From positions 81,530,001-81,594,000 of the forward strand of contig OX597823.1 in the NCBI GenBank assembly GCA_951406725.2: 64,000 nucleotides of DNA, given 5' to 3'. Under the pieces are notes generated by a model. That model worked only from the letters and a program-made list of their open reading frames with translations. It did not search any database and was not told the DNA's origin. A program made the position numbers and the translations under genes. The stretch is from Octopus vulgaris. Lineage: Eukaryota. Below, piece by piece: positions 58,956 through 64,000 of this stretch; the stretch's first letter is position 1, and the number at the start of each line of letters is the position of its first letter.

Positions 58956-58958
<3 letters not shown>
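58400..58958 (-). mobile_element. Terminally redundant 511-bp retrozyme-like monomer (family D) in (TA)n
   Basis: About 47-bp direct repeat at 58400-58446 and 58911-58958. Internal minus-strand motif TTCTA CTGAAGA GGAA..AATCT..AGATT..TTCC GAAA TTGATTCAA TAGAA at 58659-58717. No ORF. Confidence 0.7.
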
Positions 58959-59004
<46 letters not shown>

Positions 59005-59081
59005 TATGTACATATATATGTACATATATATATTATATATATATATATATGTACATATATATATTAATATATATATATATA

Positions 59082-59126
<45 letters not shown>

Positions 59127-59512
59127 ATATATATATTATGTATATATCTATATGTATGTATATGTATATATATATATATATGTGTATATATATATGTATA
59201 TATATATGTATATATATATATGTATATATATATATATAGATAGATTGATAGATATATAGATATATGTATATATATATAGATATATAAAACAGTTGGTATG
59301 TGGGCAAACAAATGACTAAAGTCTTTTAAAAATCAATGTTTATTTTGTTGAGTATTTTTGTAGGCATAAAGTGTTAGCTAAGCACTTTTCATTCATACAC
59401 TGTTATATTATAGCTACATCAGGGAACATTCTATATCTTTTTCAAGTTCTTCAACTAAACATTTTACATTAGTAGATTAAACAGGTATTCATACACACAC
59501 ACACATATATTA

Positions 59513-59635
<123 letters not shown>

Positions 59636-60714
59636 AATTTCACTGATGTCTTTGTGGGCTGGGAATTGATAATTCAAGTTTTAGGATAAAAAGAATTAAA
59701 GTGTTGCATTGATAAACAGATATACACAAACTTGTAACATAATGCTTACTAATAGCTAAACTGTGATAATATCATAGTTTGAATACTTAGTGATCAAACT
59801 TCAATGGACAGATTGCTATAAAACATGTCCAGAGGAAATTTATTTGACTGATTAGGTTTTTGAAGAGCTTATATGAAACCAGACTTAGTATTGTATGATA
59901 ATTTGTTGCCAAATTATTAAGGAAATGCACTCCCATATATTCTGATTAATTTAAAAATAATCATATTGATGAATTTAATAAAATAATACATTTATACCAT
60001 TATTGAGCTGGTGTTTGAAAGATAACCATTTACCATTTACTTGTTTCAGTTATTAAACTGTGACCATGCTGCAGCACTGCCTTGAAGGATTTAGTCAAAC
60101 AGATTGATCCAAGAACATGTCTGGTACTTACTCTAACAGTTTATATTGCTGAACTGCTGTGCTGTTGGTATGTAAAGAAGCCAACACTAGTTGTCAAGCT
60201 AGTGGGGGACAAACACCAAAAAAAATACACTCATATGCTTGCATACACACACAAACACACACACACACACATACACACACATACACACATGTTGACAAAT
60301 GACCGAAACCTTTGTTAATATGACATGCTTGATAAGAAGACCTAACAAGCCAAGTGAAATCGTAGTCATGGCAAATATTGATGTCAGGCAATTGGCACTC
60401 ATGCTGTGGCATGTAAAAGCACCCATTTCACTCTTGGAGTGGTTGACATTAGGAAGGGCTTCCAGCCATAGAAACCCTACCAAATCAGACTGGAGCCTGG
60501 TACAGCATACCAGCCCTGGTCAAATTGTCCAACCCATGCCAGCATGGACAACATGTTAAATGATGATGATACACACACACACATACAGTGGGCTTTTTTC
60601 AGTTTCTTTCTAGCAAATCCACTCACAAGGCTTTGGTTGGCCTGAGGCTAGAATAGAAGACATTTGCCAAAGGTGCCATGTGGTTGGACTGAACTTGAAA
60701 CAATGTGGTTGGGA

Positions 60715-61147
60715 TACTCTCTACTCTTTTACTTGTTTCAGTCATTTGACTGCCACCATGCTTGAGCACCGCCTTTAGTTGAGCAAATCGACCCCAGGAC
60801 TTATTCTTTGTAAGCCTTGTACTTATTCTATCAGTCTCTTTTGCCGAACCGCTAAGTTACAGGGACGTAAACACACCACCGTCGGTTGTCAAGCGATGTT
60901 GGGGGGACAAACACAGACACACAAACATATACACACACATATATACATACACACACATATATATATATATATATATACATATATACGACGGGCTTCTTTC
61001 AGTTCCCACCTACCAAATCCACTCACAAGGCTTTGGTGGGCCCGAAGCTATAGTAGAAGACACTTGCCCAAGGTGCCATGCAGTGGGACTGAACCTGGAA
61101 CCATGTGATTGGTAAGCAAGCTACTTACTATACAACTATGTCTGCAC
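60715..61147 (-). mobile_element. SINE family 1
   Basis: Full-length copy. Confidence 0.85.
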
Positions 61148-62531
61148 GTATAACTTGACAAAAGTTTCTTCATAAAATTCTGACAGAAGGTTTTGGAATA
61201 AATATGAACAACTTAAATTAATCCTTTTTGTATCATAGAACCAGAAGCTGCATACAATTTGGTATCATGTGTGAATGGTTTTATGCTATTTGATTTGTCT
61301 TCAATGCCGGCTCAGTAAATTTCAAGGAAGAGATATGATATGTACCTATAAGAACATAGCTGAGATTTCCATCTGTGATCAAGAAAAAAAGTTATATACA
61401 AAATACAGTATAACAACACTGCAAATATTGAACAATATTCCAATAAGATATAATTGATTATCTATGAAGTGTATTGAGTCAAAGGTAGTCAATTGATTTA
61501 AGGATTTATTTCATGTATAATAAGGAAGAATATTAAATTTCGAACATGTCTTTAATAAACTTTACAGATGAGTTGGAATTTGCAAATTTTATAATAAAAT
61601 AGGTACTGATATACTTGATTAAAAAGACAACAAAATTTAATTATCTAAAATTAATTTTAACTAACTAAAAATTAATTAACCCTAATGATGAGAATAATCC
61701 AAATTATTTATCCTGGTGGAAAGAAAAGAATAGGGGAGACAATCCTGGCATTTTAATTCATTAAAATTACAAGCCTTTTGCATTGAAATATAATAATGAA
61801 GGTAGCAAGCTGGCAAAGTCATAAGGATGCTGGGTAAGATGCCTAATGATATTTTGTCTGTCTTTGCATTCTGAGTTCAAATTCCACTGAAGTTGTCTTT
61901 AGCTTTCATCCTTTTGGGGTTGATAAAATAAGCACCAGTAGAGAACTGGGGTTGATGTAATTGACTTATCTTTCCTGAATTAAAATTGATTAAACATGAA
62001 TTAGTGTGTTGTGAGTCTCCTCTTTAGCAACATACCAACAACTCCAGGCATGTTTTGGTCTTATCAGACCTCACTAGCAAAACATAGTTTAACTATGGCT
62101 GTTTGATTTTAGAATGACTTACGATATACAGAACCATTGTGAACGAACACACAGCAGCATTATAAATTAAAAGAATAGTTTTAAAAAAAATACCCAGACT
62201 TTGGCAATTGTCCATAAAATAGCTGAAGTTATTATAAGAGAGTCTTAAAATAATTCTGAAGAAGTTCAGTTATTTACATTTTAGCTCCTCCCACTGATGC
62301 ATATATTTACCTCATCTTTTGATAATGTATCTACAAATACTCCTCAAATAAAATACTTTTCTTATTTCATGAAAGATATATTGTTTACATTAAAATGGAA
62401 GAAACACACTAAGACATCTCCTAAAGATGGGGTAGTTGAAAGTTCAAGTTTTTACTAATCTTAGATCTTGTTTTCTTGCTACTAACATCTTTCATTGTAT
62501 GATACTATTTTATATATATATGTGTGTGTGC

Positions 62532-62566
<35 letters not shown>

Positions 62567-62705
62567 CATATAATATATATATATGTGTGTGTATATATAT
62601 ATATGTGTGTGTATATATATATATATATATATAAATACATATAATATATATATATATGTGTGTATATATATATATATAAATACATATATATATATATATA
62701 TTATA

Positions 62706-62775
<70 letters not shown>

Positions 62776-62781
62776 CATATA

Positions 62782-62812
<31 letters not shown>

Positions 62813-62824
62813 CATATATATATA

Positions 62825-63012
62825 GAAATTAAATAAGGGTAGAAATTGATATTAATCAATTAAAACCAGTGGCCTAGTATATTTTTAAAAAATTGGAAGA
62901 TTAAAAATTTTTTTACACACAAAATTTAGAGGACTGACCACTAAAAGTGGACAGTCTATATGCTAGATGTAGACGTCAAATCACCACTTTTAGTGGTCAG
63001 TCCTCTAAATTT

Positions 63013-63015
<3 letters not shown>
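62825..63015. mobile_element. Short fold-back element related to the end of the 534-bp unit
   Basis: Start aaataagggt..aattgat...accagtggcctagta resembles ataataagggtgagagaattagatac...ccaagtggcctagtg in the unit. Perfect 32-bp inverted repeat at 62919-62950 / 62984-63015. TA on both flanks. Confidence 0.6.
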
Positions 63016-63046
<31 letters not shown>

Positions 63047-63134
63047 CATACTTATATGGTAACTGCTGCATTTGTTGAGTATATAAGCAGTTAGGCTGCT
63101 TATTTCTCTGAAGACTACCAGAATGATGTAGATG

Positions 63135-63175
63135 CCTCTGATGAGAACCCAATAAGGTTAAAAAATCGATTAAGG
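63135..63175 (+). ncRNA. Decayed minimal hammerhead-like motif
   Basis: CCT CTGATGA GAACC caataa GGTT aa AAAATCGATTA AGG: stem I CCT/AGG, palindromic AATCGATT; the C-G of CGAAA is lost. Confidence 0.45.
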
Positions 63176-63403
63176 TTGTTCATCGTTTTTTCAATCAGCA
63201 GAGAAATGGCTAAAATTTGCCCTGTTTATAATTATACCACATGTTACATATATATGTGTGTGTGTGTAAACTCAACTCAACAAGAGATTTCTCAGACATC
63301 TATCTCACAATCTGTGATAAGATGTTAATAAGGTCATCATTTTTCAAAATATTAACCGCACCTTTAGAGTTGAAGTTAAAAAAAATTTTCATTATTTATT
63401 TAC

Positions 63404-63440
<37 letters not shown>

Positions 63441-63857
63441 CATTATTATTATTATCAGCATGCCAGACAAAATGCTTAGTGACATTTCATCTGTCGTTAC
63501 TATGTGAGTTCAAATTCCACCAAGGTTGACTTTGCCTTTCATTCTGTCAGGGTTGATAAAATCAAATACAGTTAAGTACTCAAAATTTTTAGGCCTTGTG
63601 CCTACAGTAGAAAGAATTTTATTATTATTATTAAGGCAGCAGGCTGAAGAATCTTTGCCACATCAGACAAAGTGCTTAGCAGCATTTCTTTCAGCTCTTC
63701 ATGTTCCAAGTTCAAATACTGCTGAGGTTGACTTTAACTTTCATCCTTTTGGGGGTTGATAAAATAAGTACCAGTTAAGGACTGGGGTTGATGTAATCAA
63801 CTTATCCCCTCCCCTGAAATTGCTGGCCTTGTGCCAAAATTTGAAATCATTATTAAT

Positions 63858-63888
<31 letters not shown>

Positions 63889-64000
63889 AGGAAGTGTGCT
63901 GGCAGGATTGTTAACACACGGGGCAAAATGCTTAGTGGCATCTCATCTATCTTTATGTTCTGAGTTCAAATTCTGCTGAGGTCAACTTTACCTTTCATCC

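Noticed and set aside
62048-62096. Minus-strand CTAGTGA GGTCT gata AGACC AAAAC ATG hammerhead-like relic
   Set aside because: At least three core mismatches and no clear stem I.

Overview
AT-rich, microsatellite- and TE-dense animal DNA. The SINE repertoire looks like a coleoid cephalopod, probably Octopus (inference). The only host gene I can support is the 3' part of ARL15 on the + strand: one internal exon (1151-1359), a 33.4-kb intron, and the last coding exon (34790-34939). Most other ORFs in the track are (TA)n/(TG)n/(CAT)n artefacts. The main result is a non-coding 534-bp unit inside the intron, present as 3 direct plus about 2.9 inverted near-identical copies between long (TA)n tracts. 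Every copy carries a complete type I hammerhead ribozyme (HHR) motif, so it looks like a young non-LTR retrozyme or Penelope-derived pLTR array. Several other, mostly sequence-unrelated HHR-bearing elements occur nearby (22.4, 23.05, 23.3, 41.7-42.1, 45.6, 58.4-59.0 and 63.1 kb). Many sit in TA/TG microsatellites, and several share a fold-back architecture with both 3' ends pointing outward. Also present: a young 5'-truncated CR1-group LINE whose 3' stem-loop is shared with the dominant SINE, R4/Dong and RTE remnants, a Ty3/Gypsy LTR-PBS-gag remnant, and Tc1/mariner, hAT and piggyBac-like elements. All folds and family calls were made by eye; no ribozyme activity is demonstrated.
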